Assembly: GCA_964016885.1 (NCBI GenBank)
Contig: OZ024741.1
Span: 380,060,001 to 380,124,000, forward strand
DNA length: 64,000 nucleotides
Source: Eledone cirrhosa
Lineage: Eukaryota
Direction: 5' to 3'
Shown here: piece after piece, positions 24,726 to 39,106 of the stretch
Layout of the letters: every line of letters starts with the position of its first letter
Position numbering within the stretch: the stretch's first letter is position 1
Notes under the pieces: generated by a model
Database searches by the model: none
What the model was told of the DNA's origin: nothing
Seen by the model: the letters and a program-made list of their open reading frames with translations, nothing else
Position numbers and translations under genes: made by a program

Positions 24726-27700
24726 ATGATGCTTTCTTTATTAACTGCAAGGGTTTATATAAAGTAGACATTAAGGACAGTACAGGACAATACAGGACGG
24801 TACAAATGGGCATTTCTGCGTGTAAAAAACAAAAGCAGAGGTTGTAACAAAAAACTAACATTGTAAAATTCCCCAATAGAGGGGAGACTTCCGAGGGACA
24901 TTCGTGGAGAAAGCCCATTAAAAAGCAACAGTGAACCTGGCCACCAGGCCAAGTGCCCTCTCCCTGTTTTCCACCTTTAATTTACAAACACATACTCAGA
25001 GTAGGCCCATTCACTCGGGCCATACTTGTTTCTCTCACCCATCTTTCAACAAAATGCTGGGAAGAGATCACTTCCCTCTCTACACTGAGTTTCCTTTTCA
25101 AATGAAATTTGAAAAAGTTAATCAGGGCATCACCGAAGAGGTAAGTGTTCTTCTTCAGCCCTTTCAAACGTGTCCACCATACTATCTCTTTCGCCATGGC
25201 CACCAGACAGATAAAAATTGCCTGCCCTTCCAGACTAAAGGAAGAGGGCGGAGCAATCCTCACGATGGACTCAGCTGATAGCTGGATCCGTCCTACACGC
25301 GACAGCAGGTGTTCGACATAAACCCACAAGTCAGCAATGCTCGGACACTGGACGAGTGCGTGCAGGACGGTTTCGTCACTCTGCGCGCGTCTCGGTCATG
25401 CCCGGATGACGGTACCTCCATGTCTGTATATTTTATCCCGAACTGGCAAACATCCTCGGTAGCACTGCCAGGCCAGGGATTTCTGTAAGTTGTCCATAGG
25501 CCTCGGCCAGGAAGTTCTTCCGAAGAGATTGGCTAGTTGATTTTCGTCGACGCCTAGAGTTTCCCCAAGTACATCGTCGCTCTTACCCTCCACTAATCCT
25601 CTATAGAAAGTCAAGGTGAAGTTTCCACCTATCACATTGCCCAATTGGTCGAGGGCTGTAAGCGCCTGAATACATTTTCTTAGTCTAGTGCTAATCACCG
25701 ATGTCTTCGGCGTCGACACCAATATGGTGACATCGTCCGCATATGCCGACACGGATCTTCCGCATCCTAGTTCGCGCGGGACCCCCCTCAACGTCTCTAG
25801 TTTGTGCAGTAATGGCTCGAGAGTCAATACGTACAAGAGGGACGAGAGCGGACATCCTTGGCGGAACGAACGCATGATGTTGAACAGTTCCGAAAGGTGA
25901 CCGTTCACTCTAACCACAGAGCAGATGTCGCTGTGCATTGCAGCGATCCAGCCTCTGAAGACGGGCCAAAGCCAGCCGCCCTCAGGACTGCCGCTAAGTA
26001 ACGATGGTCGATCCTGTCGGAAGCTTTCGACTGATCTAAATTGATCAAGGACCCACCCGTGACAGGTTCCCTAGCTACCCTCACCACGATGTATCGCATG
26101 AGGTGGAGGTTGTCGTGGATGGATCTGTGGGGAATGGCGCATGCCTGCGCCTCTCCCACCAGACCACCAACGACAAGCGCCAACCTCTTTGTTAGCACCT
26201 TGGCCAAAATCTTTAACTCTGTGTTTAGCAGAGTTATGGGCCTGAAATCATCTATGTTATCCCCTTGTTCGGATCCTTTCTCAGCAACGCCACTGCTCCT
26301 CGCCTCACAGACCTGGGAATTGTCCCATTCTGTTGCCAGTTGCAGTAGACGTCCGCCAAGAGGCATGCGAACAAGTCTGGCATCTGTACGTAAAGTTCAT
26401 AGGGCAGACATCCAAACCAGGCGATTTACCCCTTCGCAGCTAGTCATTGCCTCCTGTACTTCAGCGGCTGTTATCGCCTTTTCGCAACACTCTGCCTCAG
26501 TGGCCGAGAGCCGCGGCACTCTGTTGAGGTAGACACTAAAGTCCATCTGTCGATCCGGCCCGCCGCTGCACCCGAACAACTGAGCGAAGTGTCGCTGAAA
26601 AGCTTCACACATTTGCCCGGGATCGAGTAGCATGCGCCCGTCGTGGTCCACCAAATACCGGATCGTGGCTTTGTTTCCACGACGCGCCTCCGTCACTCGG
26701 GCACATTGAACGGCTTTCGTCCCCTCGTGTCTGAGAGATTGCACCCTAGCTCTGACAATGCAGCCTTCGTGCTTTGCATTGAAGAATTGGTCAAGGGCCA
26801 ATTTCGCCGCAAGTGCCTCGGTCGCGATGCCTTAGCTGAGCGCCTCGTCTAATCTTCTAACTAGTTCTCCCTCTGCTCTATTTTTTTCTATAGCTAAAGA
26901 CTTACTAAACCTAATGGACTCTATTCTAATCGCTCTTTTCAGATAAAACCACCACTTGTTGTTGACGATGGCCCCCGTCAACGCCCGCTTAACTAGTTCG
27001 CTAATCCTGTCTCTGTAGGCCTCGTGCGCTTGTAAGGACGTGTTTAGCTTCCAGTAGCCGGGTCCTTTTCTATGAAGCCTATCTAAGTCAACCACACAGA
27101 TCACGAATTTGTGGTCCGTGTAGCTGACTATCTTGAATTGTGGACCGCCTATGATAGACCTATCTATTTCCCTACAAAATACTCTATCTAGATATGATCT
27201 GGATAACCGGATGCGGTTTGTCCAAGTTCACATTGGCACATTCGGGAAATCTAATCGGTACCTGTCAGACAGTTCAAAACGCCTGAGCAGGTTGGTGAGG
27301 CGCTTGCACCCTCCTCCCCTATCCGCTAATCCCACACAGTCCCAGCGTGCATCTAAGATCCCGTTCCAGTCGCCCACTAACACTAAAGAGTAGGACGTTC
27401 CAAGAATGGTCTCTAGACGCCGGAAGAAATCAGGCCGCCCTGCTCCTGTCGGGGTATATACGGCCACTAGCCTTAAGGTTTGCCCGTCTCAACTGGTCAC
27501 GTCCAGCACCACCACCTTAACTTCTGGGTCCAGGAAGATGGCCCGTATGGCGAGATCCAAACCTCTCCGAAAAAGCACAGCAACTCCTCCCCACGATCCA
27601 TGACGGCTGGGAGATGCGTACACATCGTATCCGCCGGGATCGGTGCGAAGGCCCATGCTTCGGAGATTCTGATCTCGCTGATGGCCACTACATCTGTGTT

Positions 27701-29748
27701 TAGTGACCTGAGGTCGTTGAGCAGGTGGCCCTGCTTCAATGACGACCCCAAGCCACGCGCATTTATGCTGCCTAATCTGAGTGAAATGGAGTGGACAAGA
27801 TGGGAAAGACCACTTACATTACTTCTCGTAGAGGAAGGATGGTTTGTCCATCCTTTTCACCTCTTGTGGCCTCCTCCGGAAAGATGTCCTTATAAATCCT
27901 CCTGGAGAGTGCTTGTCGGAAGTCTCTGATGTCTTTGGGGTATTTTTTTTTCAGTGTCATGTACGTTTTCTGTGTGTAACGAGGTGTGTGAACGTGTGTG
28001 GTATTGTGTAGTCTTTTTCTGTGATGCTGCTGTTGTGTTGGATGTAGTGTACTAGTTGGTTGTTGTTGAAATTTAATGCTGTGTAGTGTGTATCGTTTTA
28101 GTTGTTTTGTTTTGTTTGCGTTTGTTGTGGGTTTGTTTCTGTTTCGCTTTTTGGTAACTTTTGTGGTGTTGGTGTTGCGGTTAATGATGGTGATGGGGTT
28201 GGTGTTTGTGGTGATGGGGTTGGTGATTCTGGTGTAGATGGTGGCATAGCTGGCCTAACTGTTTTGTTTGAATGTTTATTTGTTTCCCTCTGTATTTTGT
28301 TTTTCGAGGAGGAAGGAAGGGGATTTTTTCCTTTTTTGGGTTCTATTTTTTTTCTTTTTTCCTGATACCTGTTCCCACTCCTCGTCGTCACAACCTGTCT
28401 CCAGTTGCGATAGGTCGGGGAGTGGAAAATCCTCCACAGGCGTTGGTTTTGGTTGTGGCGTGGTGGATGGTGGAGGCGCTGGTGCTAGTTCTGGCGCGTT
28501 GGGTGGTGGTGGTGTTGTTTTTGCTACTGTTGCTGGGGTTGTTGCTGCAACAATGTCTTCTGTTGTTGCTGCTACAGTTGTTACTGCCATTTCTGCTGCT
28601 GGTGGTGTTGATGGTTGAGTCACTAGGGTGGTTAAGAGAGGTGGCCTCAACATTTTAGCCTGAGTGCTAAAAGCCATTAGGTGGGTTCCTTCACCACAAA
28701 CGACACACCTAGGCCTTCTACCATCGACGAATGCGGTGAGGTCGCTGCCGTCAGTGAGGTCTATTATCATGCAGTGCTCTCTGGCCTCCTGTGGTGTTCC
28801 AAAGAAGACGTCCACGGTTACATATTTCTGCCCACGTCTGACGTGAGATTTTTTCGCCCACACATGTCCCAAAGCTTTTTGGATTTGGGACTCGGATGCC
28901 CGTTCCACTCGGCGCAATTTTGTGTAAATCGTGCAATAAGACACGGTTAATAGGCGCCGATGCTCCATTTTATTAGGTGTGTTGGTGTTGGGGTAGGGGG
29001 GGGGTCTGACCCTGTACCCATCTTTGTTTACCATTCTCTTGGCTTCATTTACTTCCTCCTGAGTTACCCCGATTGTTTCGTATTTTTTGACTGCTTTGGC
29101 AAATGACACATTTGCGGTGGTGTTGATGTTTTTGTTGTTATTCTCATTGTTGTTGTTGCTGTTGTTGTTATTGTTATTTTTGTTATTGTTATTTTTAGTT
29201 TCAGTTGTGGTGGTGGTGGCGTCAGTGGTGTTCGGTTTGGAAGATTTGATTCTGTGTGAATCCAGTTCCATGTCACGAGATAATAATTTACTTTTTTCTT
29301 TTGTTTCTGTAGTCGCTGTGGTGGTGGTGGTGGTGGTGGTGGGGTGGCGGTTTTAACACCTGCAGTTTTTGGTAATGTCGGGAAATGTATGCCTGCATGA
29401 GACAAATTTAAATTATTGCAACTGCTTATATATTTAGTGTTGGCAAACGTAGTAATATTTACAATGGTGATGTTGGTGTGGGGTGTTAGTTTGTGAGGAA
29501 GGCTGTCAGGTTGGTGTAGCTTTGAGTCGTCCATGATTTTTTCAAAGAAATTTTATGTTTGATAATTATAACAATTAAAATTTTGGGCTCAAGACCCCAA
29601 TCTGTTTGAGTGTCGTTTTCCGAAAGCAATGTATGTGACCTTATAAACACTTAACAACAAAAAGTTTCAATAAATGGCAATTTGAAACAACTGAAAACAA
29701 CAAACATTTGCGGAGCTCACGATAATACGATTTCCTACATAGGTCGCC
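24726..29748 (-). mobile_element. Tx1/L1-clade element copy 2, both ends present, with internal deletions
   Basis: ORF1 remnant (29534-~27815) and ORF2 APE/RT pieces (AYADD, QGCPLS) with a ~650-bp deletion near 25690. The 3' UTR matches copy 1, and TAA repeats lie on both sides. Confidence 0.9.
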
Positions 29749-29768
29749 AATAATAATAATAATAATAG

Positions 29769-29800
<32 letters not shown>
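29749..29800. repeat. (TAA)n microsatellite at the 5' flank of Tx1 copy 2
   Basis: Direct reading. Confidence 0.93.
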
Positions 29801-29801
<1 letters not shown>

Positions 29802-30102
29802 AAACCTATGTCGGAGATAACACCAGACCACCACCTTTTAAATTTATCCAATTAGAAGTTCATGAATATAGGACTACACCTTAATTAAAAGACCACACTA
29901 ACCTACATACTGTCAATAAACCCCTTGTTTTATCTCTTACCTTATACAAGTAAAATATTTAAATAATATAGACACTCTAATACCTCTCAATATACAACAC
30001 CAACTAAATACCAGACAACTGTGTATATAACACCAATTATTCCAGTATATATTATGCAACTCACTATCCTACCATAAACAATATTCACCTCTCTCTGCGC
30101 AA

Positions 30103-30255
<153 letters not shown>

Positions 30256-31344
30256 ACATTCACACACATATAGGAATACCTTATATTATATATACATGTA
30301 GTAACTATATAAAAACAATCTAGTTATAATAATTAATAAAGAAAATGTGTTTAACTCCCTCCACACAAGTTTAAAAGATAACACTTATATAAACAATAAT
30401 ATTTTATATGCTCTATAAAGATTAATTTATAACACTACTACAACATTAAAACAACCCTTAATTTATCAACAAGCTTAATTACCTTCCTTTGTTATTAACC
30501 CCCTTTACAACTTCCTGTGTAAACTCTTAGAATTAAGTAACCTAACAGTTTACCAACAGCTTAATAAAAGTTAATCCAAACCGTAGAAGAGATAATTTGT
30601 AGATAAAAAATGCATAAGTTAATATACCTACAAGAACAACATGGCCAGTCATTCGGTGGAATTTATATTTAACAAATAAACACCTATTGACTACAAACGA
30701 CGCAAAATAATTCCATCGTTAATAGCTGTGAGATACAAACATATACACATACATACGAACTACAACACAAAAATACTTGAATAAAAATCACATATCCATT
30801 GCATTACACCTCACATAACAAACACCTACATTATCACCACATGCCTCTCTAACAAATTGCACACTATCTTAAACAGTTATAACAATTAAAACATGCTTTA
30901 ACACCCCACACAAAATACGTTTATTTCAACTGCATTATAACTCTTTCCTCATACATGCCTTATTGACTGTATTGACTCCTGCATTGTACAACAATTTTCC
31001 TTGCTTGTAACTTTTTGCCTGTATTTTTTTGCTTGTGATTTTCACTTATACCTTTTACACTTCAACCGGTGCTGCAGTAATGGTGTTCTCTCAAGCCGAA
31101 CATAATTTTGATTTCTGACTCCCCACATGATGCCTATGACTCTAATAACAATTATGTACCCTAAATGTTCAAAATGACTAGAATTTTAATCACATGTTTC
31201 GACATTGTATATGCTCCGATGATTCCAGACTTCCCTCTCGAAGAACCAATTATCAGCAAATAAATGTTCTAAACTAAAATTTGATCATTTTAACATTTTG
31301 TATCTCGGCTCTGTAAAACACATGAAAATGTGTATATATATATA

Positions 31345-31753
31345 TAGTTAGGGAAGCAGAAAATTGCTTATTGTGATCCAGTTCGTGATTAAGAAAGCCA
31401 GTTATATGGACGGTTTCAACGTACGGTTAGGGGTAACTCCACAAGTTTGTAAGAATTCCGTTCAATCTTGGAGTATAAAGTATAAAAGAGAAAACATAGG
31501 TAAGCATTAAGAGAAGGATTTTATCCAGGTATTTACGACTGTTTCATTGGTAAGTGGGATTAGAAAGTGAGGGGACAAACGGAATAGTATATAGAGAGAA
31601 GAAAGAGGAGAAGAGTTAGGAAGTAGAGTGACAAACTGAGATGGAGGGAGGGGTAGAGGTGTAAGGATTCCTTGATCAGTTTTGATAAGTAGACTTCATA
31701 TCGTCGATCGTAGTGAGTTAAAGGGAATTAAATTGATCATAGTGGGAGGGATC

Positions 31754-31813
<60 letters not shown>

Positions 31814-32640
31814 GAGAGAGAGAGAGAGATAAAGAGATAAATATATTTATATAAAATAAAGATAAAAATAATAATGATAAAAATAAAAGTAAAGAAAGGG
31901 GGAGAAAGAAGAAAAGAAAAGATAGCCAAAAAGGGGAGGGAAGAAAGGAAGAAATAGAAGAAATAGAAGGGGAATGAAGGAGAAGGGAGGGATATAGGTA
32001 TTGGTTTTTGTGGGTTAGATACAATAAGAGGTTATAAAGTCTAAGTATATGCAGTTTATCAGTTGGTAGTAAGAGGGTTCGATTTACGCTTGTAGTGCGA
32101 ACACTTTTCTTTGAGTCTATGGTTACAATAAATTGATTTTTCGATTTTATTGTTGAGTAACTTATTCTTCGAACTCAAAATGTGGAACAGCTCAAGGTCA
32201 CATAATCGACAGCTTATCATACCACTCCGATATGGTGGCGCGTTCGATAATTGTTTCCACTTCAGGGTGTATTGATGGTTACCTTCCCTCAGTTGCCAGG
32301 TCTTGTTTGCAAGCGTAGTTACATAACGATGCTGGGAATGTTTCATTGCGTAACGGTGTGTATACAACGGGCTTTAAATGTATTCCCAGTCGCTCCGATG
32401 TAATACCATTTCTGGTTGTCTGAGTCCACTGTGCATTGGTAAACCAGGTTAGACTGCATACATTCATTATGTAATGGACAGGTTTCAATTCATGTAATGT
32501 CAGTTACAATTCTTGTCATGGGCAAGTTTCGCATTAATCTTCCCTGTATATATTCCATTAAAGAAATATATTTCACCAATTAATCGAATGGTAAACCATG
32601 GAGGCCGATACTTGGATTTTCAACAAGGAAGAAATCCAGC
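31345..32640 (-). mobile_element. Penelope-like element 3' relic (GIY-YIG endonuclease and putative pseudo-LTR)
   Basis: CPLHNECMQSNLVYQCTV..YYIGATGNTFKAR, then CRLCDLE..LLN..YCNH (32059-32500). Boundaries approximate. Confidence 0.75.
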
Positions 32641-33096
32641 CATCTCTGTTTACGCATTAAGTTTAAATCAGCGACTGGCCAGTAACACGTGCTGTATCTA
32701 CTAAAAATACACACCAGCTTCTTCCCAGTGGCGTGAATAGGGTTATAGACAACTAGAAACAGCAGCAAGTCCTTTCAACAGATTAATCATATTAGAAGGT
32801 ATATATTTAACTTTAGTTAGTTACCTACCTAGCTATGTGTGCTTACACACTTGTACATATTATCTCCTGTGATTGTTTCATATGTTTATTTATATATTAA
32901 TCAATTTCTAGTTGTTATAAAATGCTCAGACCCATTCATTAGCATCTTGGAGCTTATTTTACGGGTGATATAGTGCATGCCTTTCTGGCATGACACCCAT
33001 AATTTTGATTTAGATTAAATTCACTTTGATTTATCTTAATTTTATATATGTATATATATATATTTAAGTAGTTCCCCAATAGTAAATTCACCATTT

Positions 33097-33138
33097 CTGA
33101 GAACAATTTGTTTCTGCTCAGACTGATCATCAGCTCGG
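33097..33138 (-). ncRNA. Degenerate minimal hammerhead motif
   Basis: ccgag-CTGATGA-tcagtctgagca-GAAA-caaattg-TT-ctcag; stem II is imperfect. Confidence 0.35.
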
Positions 33139-33430
33139 TTGAAATGGGATAATACGAAAAAGGAAAATGATTACACAATTATACATGCGTAGAAGAAGTT
33201 CTCAAAGGGGAGCAACTCACGTTAGATCAATGCGATGGAGACGATTGTGGAAGTTCAGAATACAATAGATTATTCATGATATTCGGTCTAAATTGTTACA
33301 TACGTTAGTCAATCTGGGGCTTTAAAATTACGTAAGAGATGTTTCGAAACGTAGAGACAACGTGAATAGAACTCGCATCTTGTGTTTAGACAAGCGCTAT
33401 TACGCAATGTCATCAATATATTGATTATTT

Positions 33431-33630
33431 NNNNNNNNNNNNNNNNNNNNNNNNNNNNNNNNNNNNNNNNNNNNNNNNNNNNNNNNNNNNNNNNNNNNNN
33501 NNNNNNNNNNNNNNNNNNNNNNNNNNNNNNNNNNNNNNNNNNNNNNNNNNNNNNNNNNNNNNNNNNNNNNNNNNNNNNNNNNNNNNNNNNNNNNNNNNNN
33601 NNNNNNNNNNNNNNNNNNNNNNNNNNNNNN
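33431..33630. other. Assembly gap (200 N)
   Basis: Run of N. Confidence 1.
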
Positions 33631-35976
33631 TGTCCTACTTCCTCTCCCTGATCATACGCCCCATCATTGAGATGTCCCCAGATGTGTGTGACAGCACGGA
33701 GGACCTCCTCAGCAGAATCGGCGCGGGTAACCGATCTGGGGACCTAATAAACTGCATAATAGGCAGTATGGATGTTGTGTCCCTGTATCCATCTATTGAC
33801 GTGGATTTTGCTGTGGAGAAATGCGTCGAAATGATCAGCGAGAGCAAGGTTGAGTTCCGTGGGATTGATACCAGTGAGCTGGGACTTCTACTTAAGCTTA
33901 CCCATAGTAATAGTTACCTAGACACTTATGACCTTAGCAACCTGTGCCCTACAAGACCAGCAAGAGGCAGACCACCTACCATTACCTCAATGGCCAAGAA
34001 AACCCACACAGATAGATGGAACGGGTGGACCAGAGCCATACGGACACCCGAAAACCACGATGAACTGAAGAAAATGATTGCACATGCGGTAGGGGCCAGC
34101 ATAAAATTAACCCTTAAGGAACATATGTTCAAATTTAATGGTAAAACATATGCCCAAGAGGAAGGAGCAGCCATTGGTGTTAGCATTGCAGGCGACATAG
34201 CTAACTTGTTCATGGTATGGTGGGACAGTAGACTTAAACAAAAACTTAAAGAATAATTAGAAGACAGCTTAACCCTGATAATGTACTCCCGCTACGTAGA
34301 TGATATAAACATCGTAGTTAAGACACCCCCACTAAAGAACAGTCAGGAACCAGAGAAAAACACAATGGAAAGCATCCAGCAAATAGCAAACTCCATCCAC
34401 CAGAGCATTAGAGTTACTATAGACTACCCAAGTAGACACCCCAACCATCGATTACCTGTACTAGACAGAGCTCTGGTTAGATACTATTAACAACCAAAAA
34501 CAAATCCTCCATTCCCATTATGCCAAACCCATGACTTCCAAACATCTGATCCACCGAAACTCGGCCATTTCGGACCATACCAAAATCAACATACTGATTG
34601 CGGATTTGATACGGGTGATGAGAAATGTGTCCCGCATGTGCAACCCCGAAGAACTAGAGAGACACATACAACACTTCATCCACCGTATGCAGTTCTCTGG
34701 CTACAATCAGAGAGATAGAATCAGAGTGTATAAAGGAGCCAGAACCAAATGGGAAAAAATGGTAAATAATGACATAAATGGGACCTGCCCCTTGTATAGG
34801 AGCAAATTTTGGAATAGAATAGAAAGAACTAAGAACAAGGCCAATAGAATAAACTCATGGTATGATAGCAATAAATACCAGAGTGTAATGTTCATCAATA
34901 CAACCCCTAGAGGCGAACTAGCCTACAAATTTAGAAGGGCCCTAAAGAAACATAATCTCAATATTAAGATAGTAGAAAGACCTGGTACCTCCGTAAAAAC
35001 ACTTATTAGCAAGACATACCCGTTCCAAAGACCCTCATGTATAGATAAGAAATGTATAACCTGTAAAATAAGCCCCCATATTAACTGTAAAACTAGAAAT
35101 GTAGTATATAGCATAAGATGTACTGAAGGACAATGTAGAAACAAAAATATAGTGTACATAGGTGAGACAGCTCGTAGTATAGGGGAACGAATAAATGAAC
35201 ACTGGCGAGACCTCCAAGATAGTAAAGAATCATCTGTGCTCTACCAACATGCTAAGATAGAACACAGGGGTAAATTAGAGAGCATAGAAATAAAAATAGA
35301 ATCCACACACAAGAAAGACGCAATGTTTAGGCAAATTACAGAGGCAGTAAGCATAAAAGAATTAAAACCAAAATTAAATAGAAAATATGAGTGGAACAGC
35401 AACATCACAACTTACAATTAAGGACAAAATGAAAACACACACACACATAGAACAAACAACTTACAATTGAAAACACACACAAAATGAAAACACACACAAG
35501 ACAAAATGAAAACACACACACACATAGAACAAACACCCAACCAACAATAAATAAATAAATAAACAAACAAATATAAATAGAAAAATAGAAAAATGAACAC
35601 AAACACACACAGACACCCGGATGTGGAGCATGCGCAAACTGAGCACGCAACCCACACACAAACAAAATGGCGTAGGATAGAAGAAAGGAAAGGCACAGAA
35701 ACGAAGAAAGAAATCCCCAGTCACTGAAGAGGTTACAGAGTGTGTGACGAAAGAACTATGACTATATATATATAAACAACTATCTGGTTGTGGAACCAAC
35801 CAACCAACCAGAAATTTATAAATTTGTAAATTTATAAATATATATTAAATTAAATTGAAGTGAAAGCAACTGGTGCGTGTGTTTCTTATTGGCAACATGA
35901 CCCTCCCAAAGTATAACAATATCGGTTTCAACACACGATTTCAGATAAAGAATCTTGCTAAACAAATTCAGAAACG

Positions 35977-35980
<4 letters not shown>
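33631..35980 (+). mobile_element. Penelope-like retroelement (RT, Cys linker, C-terminal GIY-YIG, pseudo-LTR); 5' end lost in the gap
   Basis: SMDVVSLYPSI, GAAIG, RYVDD, CIDKKCITC..C, VVYSIRC..YIGETARSIGERINEH, KPKLN. In-frame TAA at 34254 and a frameshift at ~34470. Confidence 0.92.
35719..35763 (+). ncRNA. Minimal type I hammerhead ribozyme in the PLE pseudo-LTR
   Basis: AGTCA-CTGAAGA-g-GTTAC-agagtgt-GTGAC-GAAA-GaaC-TA-TGACT. Stem I has 5 bp, stem II 5 bp, stem III is minimal, and cleavage is predicted after CUA (35758). Confidence 0.78.
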
Positions 35981-36023
<43 letters not shown>

Positions 36024-39000
36024 GAATATATCATTCTTATCTTTAATCCCTTCCACGTGCTAGTAATCGATATAAACTATGTGAGTTCTTTAATGGAAAG
36101 CACCAAATCACGAATTTTTTCCTTCTTTGCGTGATTATTCGCATATCGACTATTCCTAGTATGTACGGCATACCAATCCTAGACTCCAAATTTTAAATAG
36201 GTTCAACGCTATTTCCATCATTATTGACGATATACGTACCCAATTGGCATGATGGTGATGATGTTGATGATGAAGATATTAAATTCCATGTGACATGAAA
36301 GCAAAGTAATCGGAGTCTTATGTGGGACTGTTGAAATTCCGTCGATTCTGACAGTGCGTGTTCAAATTGTCTAATTATTGGAACATCCTGCTCATAAAAG
36401 AATAACATACAGGATGCATATACGTGCATCTATAATTTTATTGTCAGCGAGATTCGGGTTGACACAGTATGCGTCAAAGCTGCTCCTTCTAGTTACAGGT
36501 ACTCATTTTCTGCCAGGTGGGTGGAACGAGATATAAAGATTTTCGATCAAGGATGTAACTCACCACCCAGAATTGCGATTATGGTCCCCAGTCGTTAACT
36601 AGACACACTAACCAATTAGCTCTTCGCATAGACTCTACATCATAGTTGACGCAATAGTCTCTATGAATATCTTCAAATTTTATTTTAACTGTAGCCTAGA
36701 GAGATGAAATTAATGTATTTATATTTTATATTAGAATATGTAAGAGTCGTTTCCCATGAGGTTTGTCTACCATTTCATCCTATAGATGTTTATCAATTAT
36801 ACACCTCCGTATGCCATCGATCACATAATGGATTGGAGAAAATGTATTCTCTAATTAGAAATAATTTATACAATAAGTATAGCTCTGTACTAATCAGTTC
36901 CTACTTGAAATCAAGTGTATGAATTCTAAATTCACTGAAGTCTAGTCCAATTTAATTTTTGATGTATTCTCTGCACTTAGTTGATCGGAAAATTGGACGG
37001 AGGCTTAATTGATACATTAAACTTTGAAATGAAGCGTACTTATGCATTATTTTTCTGCTGCATTCGTTGATTCAGTTTGTAAACTTCTATTATTTTAATT
37101 TTATACAAAATATTTAATGTTTTCCCATGAATGTTGTTGGTTGGCAATAGATTACGGAAACCCTAATCCTCATGACGTTAATACAAATTAACTCAAATCT
37201 TATCATTACTATAATGGACAATGTCGAGTTTAAATTTGATTTGCTAAATTTAATTTGGCATTTATTGCTTGTTTTAAGAATTCTTATTTTTAGTATAACG
37301 AAAATTAAGCAAAATAAAATGATGAGCTGAAATGGCGTTGATGTCATAATATTTGTATGATAAATATGGCAGCTGTGATACAGTGAAGTACTTGTAATGC
37401 AGTTGAACGTTAATTTTTTATTGAATGCGTTGTACAATTGTTGGCCTCCACAATGCTATTAATAACTATTTCAGATAACGCATTAAATTGAAGGAAATTT
37501 CACGAACTAAAATATTATTTCCTATCTCTCTGAGTTCTAAATTCGTATTCTATAAATGTGAATTATAATGTTTCCTTAATTTCAATAATATTCCGCATTG
37601 GTAACAAAACATAATTGAAATGTAAATGAAGTAAAGCTACCATTTTAGGCTCCCAAACACTAGTTCACTGTTCAACGAACAATAAATCAACTCCAGAAAC
37701 AAACTGACACAACTTAACAAACATATTTTGAACAAGAATTAATTACTAGTAGCTCGGCATTTTTAATTTTTTAAATAGAGTTGGATCGGGAAGGCTTGAG
37801 TATTTTTTTTCCATTCTACAGATGTGAATATTCGTTGAGTAAACGTCTATTTAATTTAAGTTTGTATATCAATATAGTTAACGAATAATGCATGCCATTC
37901 CTCGTTTTACCCGAAAGATTGGGGATTTATCAAAAACTGTTGCAATAATCTTGTGCGTGTTTTTCCTAAGTAATATCTGTACTTTAATCATCTACCAACG
38001 TCTATACATTCAGAGCCAATCGTTAGCATAAAAGATTGGGGATCGAAACAATCGACCTTCCCCTACAAACTACTATCAAGAAACCAGAGTGATTTGCATA
38101 TTCAGAGCCAAATAATAAAGTAATTTTATTCACAATCATAAGGTCCTAAGTTTAATCTTTCTGCGGGTTATCTTAGTCAAATTTCATTTATCATAATCAC
38201 GAGGTGACCCAGCACTTGTGGACGAAACTGAATTGATGAAAATTGTTTGGAGTCCTGATGGATTGATATACATGTACTTCAAAGGGCTAGACGTGCCATA
38301 CACTGTGTCATGCAGAAACTACTAGAGAATAACAATAAGGGTGCACGTGCCTGTGAAATGCTCAGTTATTCCTCATTAATTTCATAAACAAGCCGCTCTG
38401 TTGACTGAACGTCTTGATATTCATTATCAAATTAATAGAGATTTATTCAATCCCAGAGTGATGTGTTATCAGACAAGGTTGCATGCATGATTAAATGATT
38501 TATATGTAGTTTTTGTTTTGTTTTGTTTTTTTAACTCTGAACGTCATGACTGTTTTTACTTATTATAAATGACGGTAGTTTACCTCTCATCATTTTATTA
38601 AAGTCAATATAAAATGAAACATTTCAGGTCAGACTTGACTGAGTCGGCTTTTGATTTAAAATCTCCCAGTTATACGATTCTTGACCAGTAAGAGCAGGTA
38701 AAGACTATTTATTGACATGTCTGCATAGAGAGTGTTGTGTATACTGTTAACGAATATTTCATTCAAATTTAAGCTCGCCTGATAATACCAAACCAGCTAA
38801 TAGAAATCTGACTATTTTTAATTGTTTATATTTACATAAAAAATATTCCTCATAATTGTATGTAAAAATCTGTGTTACATATGTTTCAATCACCAACTTC
38901 ATAATAAGGAAGACAGTTGTTTTACTGAAATCCCTCCAAATTTGTTGTTCTATTTAACATTAACTGAAAAATAATAGGCACTATATTCCTATGTAAAAAT

Positions 39001-39028
39001 ATGCTATTGAAGGGATTAAACCACGTAA

Positions 39029-39033
39029 GCAGC

Positions 39034-39105
<72 letters not shown>
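39029..39105. repeat. (AGT)n microsatellite
   Basis: Direct reading. Confidence 0.95.

Positions 39106-39106
<1 letters not shown>

Noticed and set aside
30560-31260. Possible piggyBac-like transposase remnants
   Set aside because: Only vague motif echoes, on inconsistent strands, with no TTAA or TIR evidence.
31535-31685. Hammerhead-like words on the minus strand (CTGATCA ... GAAACAGTC)
   Set aside because: The core is altered, the halves are ~130 nt apart, and stems I and II do not pair.
34254-34256. In-frame stop in the PLE RT as possible selenocysteine recoding (Naiad-like)
   Set aside because: The codon is TAA, not TGA, the endonuclease is C-terminal, and a frameshift follows; this is ordinary decay.
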